Origin: Deltaproteobacteria bacterium
GTDB taxonomy: Bacteria; Bdellovibrionota; Bdellovibrionia; Bdellovibrionales; Bdellovibrionaceae
Length of the DNA: 64,000 nucleotides
Reading direction: 5' to 3'
NCBI GenBank assembly: GCA_013286585.1
Contig: JABDFK010000001.1
Location: 30,977-94,976 of the forward strand
Position numbers and translations under genes: made by a program. The notes under the pieces were generated by a model. That model did no database searches, was not told where the DNA came from, and saw nothing but the letters and a program-made list of their open reading frames with translations. Position 1 is the stretch's first letter, and each line of letters opens with the position of its first letter. Positions 13,537-22,150 of the stretch are shown here, piece after piece.

Positions 13537-15606
13537 CTATTCATTCAGCGCTCCCGCGCCAGGTTGCTGAGACGGAATCGCTTGGCTGTCTAGTTGGCCT
13601 AAAATTCTTGGGGTGACGAAAATCAACAGTTCATTTTTATTCTCAGTTTTAGAACTGCTCTTAAATAGCCATCCCAATATGGGAATCGTGCCCAGCCAAG
13701 GCACCCGACTTTCGCTTTCGGTGGAATCATCTTGGTAAATACCGCCGATCACCGCAGTCTGGCCATTTCTGACAAGAACCTTGGTGACAGCCGATCGCTC
13801 ATTGAAGGGACGAGCCCCCGAAGCCTTATCAACAATTTGTCCGACGAATTCGCGGGCCACATCGATTTTCATGAGTACAGATCCATCATTGGTGATATTC
13901 GGTGTCACTTTTAGACTCAGCTTGACCGGCTTGAATGTGACATTCGTAGAGACCACTCCGTTGGAAGCAGTGCTGTTGATCAAAGGCAGTTCTTGCGTTT
14001 GCGTGATGACCGCTTCTTCGTTGTGAAGTGTGACCACTCTTGGAGAAGATAGAACTTTGACCAAGCCCTCTTCTTCATCCAAGCTCAAAATCGCATTGAG
14101 GCTTCCTAGGACATCCAGGGTTCCCAATTGGAAATTAAGAGATCCGGTCACTGGACTGACTGTACTAGGAGTCACGTTGACTCCCATGGAGGCATTGACC
14201 GGTCCAGAAGAAGAATTGGAACCTGTGCTGACCGGCATTCCACCCCCGGTCCAATTGATTCCCACTTGTCGCGCAAAACTGTCTTGCGCTTCCACCACTT
14301 TTCCTTCGATGAGCACCTGTTGTGGCGGAATGTCCAAAGTCTGAATGAGCTTCGCCACACGGTCCACATTTTCCTGAATATCGGAAACCACAATGGCGCT
14401 GGTCCTTGGATCGCCGATGACTTTGCCTCTTTTTTCAGAGAGGAAAGGCTTCACTTGATCCATGATATCAGTGACCTTAGCGTAACTGAGCGGCATGACC
14501 TTCACCACCAACGGTGCAATGTCTTTTTTCGCATTGATCAGTTTCACCATGTCATCTTCTTCGGCACGAAGTTGGGCAATCGGTGCAATTCGCAGCACGT
14601 TCCCAGTGCGCGTGAAGCTCAGTTTTTTGGCCTTCATCACCATGACCAAGGCTTGATCCCAAGGCACTTGCTTCAGTTTCACGGCCATCGGACCTTTCAC
14701 GTCATCCGAAATCACCAAATTCACGCCGACCTCATCAGAGATCAGGCGAAAAAGATCCGCAACTTCAATGTTTCGCGATTCGATGGAAATTTTCTTGCCT
14801 GAATAAGTCATGTTTCCCGCCATGAACGCTTCTAGGCTGTCGTAGGAAAGTAATTTCACGTCGTCCTTGGGAGCCTCTGTGGGCGGCAAGTTGGCCACCA
14901 CCAAGAGCGAGCTGCCCTCGGCTTGAATCACTGGTTCCGGAGATCCAGGTTTCAAATGCACCACGACCCGGGAAACATTCGAGCCCGCGGTCTGATAGGC
15001 ATCGATAGCGCCGATAGGTCCGTCGAAATCTTTGGTGACCAAAGAGTGCTTTAATTTTTTAGGCAGAATGGAATTAGGAATGTCGACGATGAATTGTCCC
15101 GTAGAGACACTCATGCGGGTGCTGTAAGTCATTGGGCCATCGGCCTCGACCACCACGGTTCCCCCGTTGTCGTTGCCCTTGAAATCCAAAGATTTGAGGG
15201 TGACCAAACCCGACTGTGCTTGCGCTTCCGCTGGCGGCTCTGGTTTTGGCTCTGGCGGAATTTCATTCTGGGCATTGAATTCGGGAGCGGGCTCTGGAGG
15301 AGGAGGCTCTTGTTTGACCTCTGGCGGAGGAGGCTGCTCCGCCTGCGGGGGCGGAGCTTGTTCCGCAGGTTTCTCTTGATCAAATTGAGCGAACTCGTCC
15401 TCTTTGGGAGCAGCGGCATCGGCGGCGGGCTGATCTTTGCCCAAATCTGCTTCCAAGGAATTGTCGGGCGCGGCGCTGTTGTCCAAAGCCGAAAGATCTT
15501 CGGTGGGTGGCGCGCTGTTATCGGCATCGTCCGGTGATGTCGTCACGCAACTGGTGCAAATTAAAACCAAACTCATCGCCAGTGCTAAATTTCTGAGTCG
15601 CTTCAT
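13537..15606 (-). CDS. pilQ: Type IV pilus secretin PilQ
   Basis: Signal/lipobox 'LVLICTSC', a Pro/Glu-rich linker, an AMIN-like region, and a secretin C-terminus 'VPWLGTIPILGWLFKSSSKTENKNELLIFVTPRIL'. Position after pilMNOP. Confidence 0.9.
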   Translation of the reverse strand: MKRLRNLALAMSLVLICTSCVTTSPDDADNSAPPTEDLSALDNSAAPDNSLEADLGKDQPAADAAAPKEDEFAQFDQEKPAEQAPPPQAEQPPPPEVKQEPPPPEPAPEFNAQNEIPPEPKPEPPAEAQAQSGLVTLKSLDFKGNDNGGTVVVEADGPMTYSTRMSVSTGQFIVDIPNSILPKKLKHSLVTKDFDGPIGAIDAYQTAGSNVSRVVVHLKPGSPEPVIQAEGSSLLVVANLPPTEAPKDDVKLLSYDSLEAFMAGNMTYSGKKISIESRNIEVADLFRLISDEVGVNLVISDDVKGPMAVKLKQVPWDQALVMVMKAKKLSFTRTGNVLRIAPIAQLRAEEDDMVKLINAKKDIAPLVVKVMPLSYAKVTDIMDQVKPFLSEKRGKVIGDPRTSAIVVSDIQENVDRVAKLIQTLDIPPQQVLIEGKVVEAQDSFARQVGINWTGGGMPVSTGSNSSSGPVNASMGVNVTPSTVSPVTGSLNFQLGTLDVLGSLNAILSLDEEEGLVKVLSSPRVVTLHNEEAVITQTQELPLINSTASNGVVSTNVTFKPVKLSLKVTPNITNDGSVLMKIDVAREFVGQIVDKASGARPFNERSAVTKVLVRNGQTAVIGGIYQDDSTESESRVPWLGTIPILGWLFKSSSKTENKNELLIFVTPRILGQLDSQAIPSQQPGAGALNE

Positions 15607-15624
15607 GTGACTCCCCCCGTCTTA

Positions 15625-16359
15625 CTATTTTTGCAAAACCAACACTCGAGTGGTAGGAGTTTTGCCGTCGGGTGCTACTTCCACGACCACGACTTCCCCT
15701 TCGCGAATGGCGGCCACATAGCCGCTATTTCTTCCCACCTTCGTGTGCTTATGTACCATAAACAATTTTTTCGTCGGCCCTTCCAGCATGGCCTTCGGAT
15801 CGCCGACATCCCAAAGAATCGCCGCCACCGTCATTTGCGTGATATCAAAAGACTCCGGAGTTTCTGTCGGACCTTGGTCCGGCGACTGCAAGAGCGACGG
15901 AATGACCGAACGCTCGGGAGTGCGCTGTACAATGTTGGAGTTGAACTTCTTAGGAACGTAAATATAGGGTTTAAACGGATCACGTCTTCCAGTGGGATCA
16001 TAGACAAACTCTTGGCTGGTCAAAAACTTGAGTGTCGGGTCCAACTCTTGCGGAGTGGGCAACACCGCTGGCGGAGGCTCGGTAGAGACCGGCGGCACCG
16101 GTGTGATTCCCGCACCTTTGATATCCATGGGAAGTCCGCGCGGTGGCACCGGCAAAGCCTGCGTAGGAGCGCCTTTTGGCGCAGCCGCGCCGCTCAACAT
16201 TTCAGGAGGAATCGGCATGTCCGTCGGCCCTGGCAGTGCGCTCTTCGCAGGACTCTGAGCGTGCGCTCGAGGCATGAACTCCCATTGCAGTTTTTTTCCC
16301 AGAAAAATCACCGAGAGCAAACAAAAAATGGCAAAAGAGATGTGAATTTGCTTTCTCAC
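15625..16359 (-). CDS. pilP: Pilus assembly protein PilP-like
   Basis: Signal anchor, Pro-rich linker, 'GRRDPFKP' motif and a C-terminal beta domain. Position between pilO and pilQ. Confidence 0.7.
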   Translation of the reverse strand: MRKQIHISFAIFCLLSVIFLGKKLQWEFMPRAHAQSPAKSALPGPTDMPIPPEMLSGAAAPKGAPTQALPVPPRGLPMDIKGAGITPVPPVSTEPPPAVLPTPQELDPTLKFLTSQEFVYDPTGRRDPFKPYIYVPKKFNSNIVQRTPERSVIPSLLQSPDQGPTETPESFDITQMTVAAILWDVGDPKAMLEGPTKKLFMVHKHTKVGRNSGYVAAIREGEVVVVEVAPDGKTPTTRVLVLQK

Positions 16360-16970
16360 TTGATCACTCCTGCGGCGTCGGGTTTCTTGTTTGGATCTTC
16401 AATGTAGCGGTAACTCATGATTTCACCATCAAATTTCAGAGTTCCACCTTTGAGCGCCTGATCGTCGGCCTCGGGCACTTGCTCCATGGTGAAACCGCTG
16501 ACCCGAGTGATGCGCTCCATGATCGAAATGTAATAGAGGAACATGGTGAGTTCGGAATAGGTGCCCTGCAATTGCACGTGCAAAGGAATCCGCTCGACGA
16601 TTTCATCCTTGGTGGTGGGTCGGGGCTCTGCTGACTTGACTGTGACTCCGGCAGAGCGTGCTAGATTATCCACTGTTTTCAAAATTTCAGAACCCTTGAT
16701 GTCGGCGGGAAGCTGCGTGGATGCGACCTTAAATTGTTCATTCAAAGAGGCCACCGAAGCACGAATCTGCTCTAATTTTTTTAAGGCCTCATCGGACTCT
16801 TTCACTTTTTTCTGTTGTTCGTCGATTTGGACCTGAAGCTGAGCAGTGCTCTTGTCCAGAGCTTCACCAGAATCAAAAAATGAAAAATAGAATACCGCAC
16901 TGATCACCGCTGCCAGAATCAGGGACTGTTGAACTTTCATTTGCGATAGGCGCAGCAAAATCTTATTCAT
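16356..16970 (-). CDS. pilO: Type IV pilus alignment protein PilO
   Basis: N-terminal TM 'LILAAVISAVFYFSFF', a coiled-coil, then a ferredoxin-like C-terminal domain. 4-nt overlap with pilP; order pilM-N-O-P-Q. Confidence 0.75.
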   Translation of the reverse strand: MNKILLRLSQMKVQQSLILAAVISAVFYFSFFDSGEALDKSTAQLQVQIDEQQKKVKESDEALKKLEQIRASVASLNEQFKVASTQLPADIKGSEILKTVDNLARSAGVTVKSAEPRPTTKDEIVERIPLHVQLQGTYSELTMFLYYISIMERITRVSGFTMEQVPEADDQALKGGTLKFDGEIMSYRYIEDPNKKPDAAGVIK

Positions 16971-17596
16971 TAGCCCTTTCCCGGTGGTTTAAGTTCGTAA
17001 GTCGGGAACTGGCACTCCAGGGAAAAGCTTTCCAGCTTATTACCCTCGATCATCTCTTCATTGGTTTTTATCAGATTCACTTCTTTGAGGATGTTCGACT
17101 TGGTCAGTGAATCAACGAGCTGATTGCGCTCTAAGTTGGATCCTGCCACACCCTCTAGATGCATTTTATCGGTGGTCAAATCCACTTTAGAAATCCACAT
17201 GTGCTCTGGCATTTCCCGTTGAACCAAGTCTAAGAGCTTCACTTCTCTCTGGCGGTCGTGGCGTAAGGCTTCGATGACACCGATTTGCTGTTTGAGTTTG
17301 GCCTCTGCCTGTTCAAAGTTGGTCATCTCTGTCACGGCTGATGAAGCATCGTCATTTTTTTTCGTTAACTCTGCGAGCAGTTTTGTTTTGATGGCGAAGA
17401 GCCCCTCTTTTTCGGGGATGACCACCATGCTTGAATAAAGAAAAAGTGCAACGGGTCCGAGCGCTAAAATAACCAGACGAAGAACTGCTTGATTCCTTGC
17501 CTCCGGATCCATGGTCTCTGGGAAATTGGCATCGCCCGCCGGCGCACTGCTTGAATCCGATTTAACGCCACCTTTGGCCAGATTGATTTTAATCAT
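16970..17596 (-). CDS. pilN: Type IV pilus alignment protein PilN
   Basis: Starts 'MIKINL', single TM 'LVILALGPVALFLYSSMVVI', coiled-coil. 1-nt overlaps with pilM and pilO. Confidence 0.75.
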   Translation of the reverse strand: MIKINLAKGGVKSDSSSAPAGDANFPETMDPEARNQAVLRLVILALGPVALFLYSSMVVIPEKEGLFAIKTKLLAELTKKNDDASSAVTEMTNFEQAEAKLKQQIGVIEALRHDRQREVKLLDLVQREMPEHMWISKVDLTTDKMHLEGVAGSNLERNQLVDSLTKSNILKEVNLIKTNEEMIEGNKLESFSLECQFPTYELKPPGKG

Positions 17597-18639
17597 TAAT
17601 CATTCACCTTTCGCAGCCCAAGTCCCATCACGATTGTGGCAAACGGAGCGATCTGCTGAAGGTAGGCCGCGGAAAGCCCCCGTCCCGGTCTTATTTTTTG
17701 GAAGGGATTGATGGGCTGAAAATCAATGGCCGTGGCCTCTGAAATCTGCGCAATCAAACGCGGCGTTCCCGCAGCGCCACCGGTGTAAAAACACTTTCCA
17801 ATGTTAAAGCCCGCAGAGCTAGCGGTGAAAAAATCAAAACTGTTGCGAACCTCTTCGACCATCATAGCATTCACGGAACTGATGATGGTGTGCACCTGCT
17901 CGGGCACTTCGTTACCCGTGACCGCACTCAGTTTCAGTGCTTCGGCCTCTGAAATGGTGATGCCCATCTCTCTGTGAATTTCCATGGTGTAGTTACCGCC
18001 ACCGAAGGGAATGTCCCGTGAAAAAATGACCTCGCCATTATGAACCACGACACAGTTGGTGACGCTGGAACCAAAGTTAAGGAGCGCCACTGTTTGGCCC
18101 ATGGCCTTGCCATAGTTCAGTTCAAAAGCGTTGGCCAAGGCAAAGCCGCAGACATCCATCACTCCCACTTTAAGTCGGGCCTGGCCGACCACCTCGGAGT
18201 ACTGGCGCACCATCGAATTTTGCGCCGCCACCAGCAACACATCCATGGTGTCACCACCGGCGGGAAGCTTGATCACGTGAAAAGACAAACTGATCTCTGC
18301 CGGATCGAAGGGAATGTATTGTTCGGCTTCCCAACGAACTTGTTGGTCCATCAGTTTCTTTTCAATTTTCGGCATCGTTACTTTTTTTACAATGACCGAG
18401 GTGCCCCACATTCCCATAGAGACATATTTTCGCGAAGATTTGATGTGCTGGTGCAACGAGTGAACGATCTCTGCAACGGTTGTGGTATTGGCGATATCGC
18501 CGGCGCCAACAGCGCCCAGCGGAGTTGGTAAAAAACCAAATGACACTAACTGGGCACCGCCCCGCTGAAGATTGAGCTCTGCCATTTTGATCGTGCTTGA
18601 ACCAATATCAAGCCCGATGATTTTTTTTCCACCAAACAC
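17596..18639 (-). CDS. pilM: Type IV pilus assembly ATPase-like protein PilM (actin-like fold)
   Basis: 'IIGLDIGSSTIKMAEL', 'VMDVCGFALANAF', 'YTGGAAGTP'. GTG start with GGAG 9 nt upstream. Confidence 0.85.
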   Translation of the reverse strand: MFGGKKIIGLDIGSSTIKMAELNLQRGGAQLVSFGFLPTPLGAVGAGDIANTTTVAEIVHSLHQHIKSSRKYVSMGMWGTSVIVKKVTMPKIEKKLMDQQVRWEAEQYIPFDPAEISLSFHVIKLPAGGDTMDVLLVAAQNSMVRQYSEVVGQARLKVGVMDVCGFALANAFELNYGKAMGQTVALLNFGSSVTNCVVVHNGEVIFSRDIPFGGGNYTMEIHREMGITISEAEALKLSAVTGNEVPEQVHTIISSVNAMMVEEVRNSFDFFTASSAGFNIGKCFYTGGAAGTPRLIAQISEATAIDFQPINPFQKIRPGRGLSAAYLQQIAPFATIVMGLGLRKVND

Positions 18640-18800
18640 TACGGCCGCTCCTGTTGCTTCATCTTAAAGTCCTGATCACGACCAGGACTTTCTGCTGATT
18701 AGATCACATCTAATACTATCTAAAATTATTTAGGACGAACGGCAGGTTGTCAAACCAAGGGCCGGTTGGGGCAGACCTAGACCAAAGGCTAAAAATAAAA

Positions 18801-19571
18801 CTAAAGCTCTGGGATGAACCATCGAACATACTGAAATGCCCAGGATTCGGCACCACAGACGAATAGAAGACTTCCGAAAGCCAAATACGGACCAAAGGGG
18901 ATGACGGTCTTTAAACCTCGTTCATTTTTTTTGGCCAAAGCTAGACCTAAGGCCGAGCCCACCAGACTGGCGACGATGATGACGAACGGGATGGCCCGCC
19001 AACCAAGCACGGTTCCGATCCATCCGATGAGCTTGATATCACCGCCACCCATTCCTTCTTGTTTGCGCCAAACCTGATAAAAATAAGCGACCAACCATAG
19101 AAAACCAAAACCGAAGGCAAATCCCAGAAGTGAGTCGACAAAATTGCGCTCGGGATTCAGATAGGCGCCCAACAAACCGATGATGGTGCCAGGTATGGTG
19201 ATGACATCAGGTAAAAGAAAGTGATCGATGTCGATGAAGCTGGCTGTGACCAAGCCAAAAACCAAAATCAAATCTTCCAGCGTGGTCCACGTAAATCCAT
19301 GCACTAAGCCCACCAGCAAAAACAAGATCGCCATCAAAAATTCCACCAGCGCATATCGCGGTGAAATTTTTCCACCGCAATCACGGCAACGACCACGCAG
19401 TAGAAACCAACTCAAAATTGGAATATTGTCATAAAACCGCACCTGATGCTGGCAATGGGGGCAGCGACTGCCCGGAAAGACAATGCTTTCGTTTTTGGGC
19501 CAGCGGTAGATAACTACGTTGGCGAAACTTCCAAGGATGCTGCCCAGTAAAAATAGCGAAAGCTCAAACAA
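18801..19571 (-). CDS. pilD: Prepilin peptidase / N-methyltransferase PilD (A24 family)
   Basis: Zn-finger-like 'CPHCQHQVRFYDNIPILSWFLLRGRCRDCGGKISPRYALVE'; multi-TM; catalytic-Asp contexts 'SFIDIDHF' and 'GGGDIKL'. Confidence 0.9.
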   Translation of the reverse strand: MFELSLFLLGSILGSFANVVIYRWPKNESIVFPGSRCPHCQHQVRFYDNIPILSWFLLRGRCRDCGGKISPRYALVEFLMAILFLLVGLVHGFTWTTLEDLILVFGLVTASFIDIDHFLLPDVITIPGTIIGLLGAYLNPERNFVDSLLGFAFGFGFLWLVAYFYQVWRKQEGMGGGDIKLIGWIGTVLGWRAIPFVIIVASLVGSALGLALAKKNERGLKTVIPFGPYLAFGSLLFVCGAESWAFQYVRWFIPEL

Positions 19572-20319
19572 GGTCTTTTCTCCTGAAATTCCAAACGCCC
19601 AGCACTAACAAGAGAAGAATCCATCCCGCTGCGTGCAAAGTCACGGTCAAAAATTCCGTCGAAGAAATCAAATTGTTTTCCAAAAGATAGAAGGACTTCC
19701 AATCCGTGCGATACAGTTGCGGCACGATGGCGTGAATCACCTTGGACAACAGAATGTTGATTTCGATTTTTGATTTCTCGGCGAAATAAACCAGTTCGTT
19801 GAGCCAATGGCCCAAAATAAAAATTCCCATGGAGAAAAATAGGCTAATGGCGGAACGTAAAAACATCGAACTCCAAAAGGCCAACGCTAGCAAGATCAAG
19901 CTTTCGAAATAAATTCCTAGCCCCACTTTGCTGACCGTCCAAAATGAGTCTTTGACCCCTACCGCGAACCACAGAATCAAGGTCAGCGACACCACGATCA
20001 CAGCGTTGACGGCAGCGACACCCAACCATTTCCCTAAGTAAAATTGCAGACGATCGATGGGCCGCGTGAGCACAATCAGGCAGGTCTGTCGCTCAATTTC
20101 CCTTGGAATCGTGATCGACCCGACAAACAACGAAATACCCACCAGGGCCAACTGCACGGCAGAAAATCCAAAATGAAATAGGATTCGGTCTTCTTCGCCC
20201 AAACTTAAAGTCCCCGCCATGAAACTGACCGCCAAAATAAGTCCGGCAAGAAATAGGATTATGTGAACCAGTTTCTGTCGAAGCAATTCGCGAAACGTGC
20301 TCAGTCCAATGAGTATCAT
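19564..20319 (-). CDS. ABC-2-type transporter permease (position equivalent to M. xanthus pilI)
   Basis: Six predicted TM segments. Overlaps the upstream ATPase gene by 4 nt and pilD by 8 nt. Confidence 0.7.
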   Translation of the reverse strand: MILIGLSTFRELLRQKLVHIILFLAGLILAVSFMAGTLSLGEEDRILFHFGFSAVQLALVGISLFVGSITIPREIERQTCLIVLTRPIDRLQFYLGKWLGVAAVNAVIVVSLTLILWFAVGVKDSFWTVSKVGLGIYFESLILLALAFWSSMFLRSAISLFFSMGIFILGHWLNELVYFAEKSKIEINILLSKVIHAIVPQLYRTDWKSFYLLENNLISSTEFLTVTLHAAGWILLLLVLGVWNFRRKDLV

Positions 20320-21230
20320 GACGGACGTCCCGCGCTATTTCCGGCGGTCCACTCTCGGCGCATGAATACGCTTTCAATGGTGGTTTCTGTCGGTATCACT
20401 TTGAGGAGTTGTCCTTGCTGGGAAAAGATCTCTTGCAGCTTGGCCGGCAATTCATTGCGCGACACCTGAATTTGTTTCCTGGTCTTGTCGCGATCCAAGT
20501 AGACGACGACCGAGTCTTTGCTTTCGGCACGGGTAAAATCATCCACGGCTCCGGAAAAATAAATGCTGCCCTTATCGATGACCGCCAAATGCGAGCAGAG
20601 TTCATCCATGTCGGCCAGCAAATGACTGCTGAAAAAAACGGTGGCTCCGCGATTTTGCTCTTCCTTTAAAATATCTTTGACGATGCGCCGACCATCGGGA
20701 TCCAAGCCGGACATGGGTTCATCCAAAATAAGCAAGTCTGGCCGATGCAATAAAGCTTGAGCCAAACCAATTCGCTGCAACATTCCCTTGGAAAATTCCC
20801 GCAAGTACTTCTTTTCCACCCCTAAAAGATTGACCCGCGCTAAAGTCTTGAGGCAGGTATCGCTGGCACTCATCTGCGATTTCTGACCGCCGCCCAACTT
20901 CCAGTGTAGAGTCAGAAACTCCTCTGCGGTGAGCTGCTCCGGCAAGTAGGGCCGCTCGGGCAAGTAGCCGATTCTTCGCTTCACTTCGGGGGTGAATTCA
21001 GACTCTCCGAAAAATTGAATTTTTGAGTCTGCGTTTCCATCGGGAAAAATAAATCTTAGCAAGCATTTGATCGTGGTGGTTTTTCCCGCTCCGTTGACCC
21101 CGACGAACCCGGTGATCGAACCACTGGGCACCACGAAACTCACATCTTTCAAAATATTTTTCGGCGGCTTTAGCAGCCCCGAAGAGAAATTCTTGTTAAG
21201 ATGCTGCACAGAAAGAGCGGCGGTACTCAT
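20316..21230 (-). CDS. ABC transporter ATP-binding protein (position equivalent to M. xanthus pilH)
   Basis: Walker A 'GVNGAGKTT', signature 'FSKGMLQRIGLAQAL', Walker B 'LLILDEPMSGLD', H-loop 'FFSSHLL'. Confidence 0.9.
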   Translation of the reverse strand: MSTAALSVQHLNKNFSSGLLKPPKNILKDVSFVVPSGSITGFVGVNGAGKTTTIKCLLRFIFPDGNADSKIQFFGESEFTPEVKRRIGYLPERPYLPEQLTAEEFLTLHWKLGGGQKSQMSASDTCLKTLARVNLLGVEKKYLREFSKGMLQRIGLAQALLHRPDLLILDEPMSGLDPDGRRIVKDILKEEQNRGATVFFSSHLLADMDELCSHLAVIDKGSIYFSGAVDDFTRAESKDSVVVYLDRDKTRKQIQVSRNELPAKLQEIFSQQGQLLKVIPTETTIESVFMRREWTAGNSAGRPS

Positions 21231-22150
21231 TCAGCAGGCACTCCCAGCTCTTTGATCATCTCGCGAACCGGGTCGTACTGACGACTGGTGGCTGGCAGAA
21301 ATCCGCGAGCGCCGATCAGGGCGGCCACATCTTTGTTGTCCTTCAGTGTTTCCACGGCGTCGATGAGTTTGAACATCAGCGTGTGAACCACTTTGGGATA
21401 GTGATCATAAAATTCCTGGCGCACGCAAAATGGATCGTTGGGAATCGGATCACTCTGCCAAAGAATTCGAATTTTAGACGAACTGGGATCTTTCGCATAC
21501 TTGTTCCAAGCGCTGTATTTGCCTTCGCGGTCGTCACTAAAAACAGCGATGGCATCGGTCTGCCCCTGCTCCAACAGCTGCACCGAATCCGGATGACTGC
21601 CAGTGAATTTGACTTCCTTGAAATTCTTGTCCGTCCAGCCCAGTTTTTTAAACATCACCTGCGGATATAAGTACCCACTGGTGGATTTGGTGTCCACAAA
21701 AGCAATTCGATGCCCCTTCAAATCCGCAATCTTTTTTAACCCCGAATCTTTGCGGGCAATGATCACGGAATAATAGAAGGGCTCTGACCAAACCCGTTTC
21801 AAAAGCACCTGAATCTTGTTGTCTTTCTCTGCGGCGACGTAAGAAGCCGAAGTCAAAAATGCAAAATCCACCTTCTTTTCACCAATGGCCTTGATCAAAG
21901 ATCCATAAGACTTGGCCAAATAAATAGTGATCGGAATTCCAAGATCCGATTGCAATTTCTTCACCAAAGCAAAAGCGCCCTTTTTCAAAACCTCTTTCTC
22001 TCCGGAGGGAATAAACCCGATAGTGATCTCTTTCGGAGTCACTTCCGGCGCAACCGCAACAGCAGGAGGCTGCCCCTGAGCCAGAGCAAAAGACGCAACA
22101 AGCATAATTACAACAAAGGATCCAAGTGTGTTCATGGGTGTTCTTCTCAC
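21227..22150 (-). CDS. Periplasmic substrate-binding protein, PhnD/phosphonate-type fold (position equivalent to pilG)
   Basis: Signal peptide '[14 protein letters not shown]'. '[10 protein letters not shown]', '[12 protein letters not shown]', '[14 protein letters not shown]' resemble PhnD-like binding proteins. Confidence 0.65.
   Translation of the reverse strand: MRRTPMNTLGSFVVIMLVASFALAQGQPPAVAVAPEVTPKEITIGFIPSGEKEVLKKGAFALVKKLQSDLGIPITIYLAKSYGSLIKAIGEKKVDFAFLTSASYVAAEKDNKIQVLLKRVWSEPFYYSVIIARKDSGLKKIADLKGHRIAFVDTKSTSGYLYPQVMFKKLGWTDKNFKEVKFTGSHPDSVQLLEQGQTDAIAVFSDDREGKYSAWNKYAKDPSSSKIRILWQSDPIPNDPFCVRQEFYDHYPKVVHTLMFKLIDAVETLKDNKDVAALIGARGFLPATSRQYDPVREMIKELGVPAE

Noticed and set aside
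15150-15480. Repetitive Pro/Glu/Ala-rich coding DNA in the pilQ 5' region, considered as a tandem repeat or contingency locus.
   Set aside because: It is an irregular low-complexity linker (PPPPEVKQEPPPPEPAPE...) with no exact unit repeat. That is typical of secretin N-terminal linkers.
15607-16407. Long antisense ORFs opposite real genes: 15607..16407 (266 aa), 40803..41654 (283 aa), 54640..55446 (268 aa), 24019..24726 (235 aa), 33182..33859 (225 aa), 14128..14802 (224 aa).
   Set aside because: Each is antisense to a gene with unambiguous conserved motifs (pilP, GltG-like, pyrG, carB, metK, pilQ). Their translations are Arg/His/Ser-rich low-complexity with no recognisable domains, so they are shadow ORFs.
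18666-18691. 9-bp hairpin ('AAAGTCCTG...CAGGACTTT') between pilD and pilM, and a by-eye search for a sigma-54 promoter (TGGCAC-N5-TTGC) upstream of the pil, glt and hpf genes.
   Set aside because: The hairpin lacks a U-tract. I found no clean -24/-12 element in the relevant intergenic regions by eye, and a PWM scan is needed.
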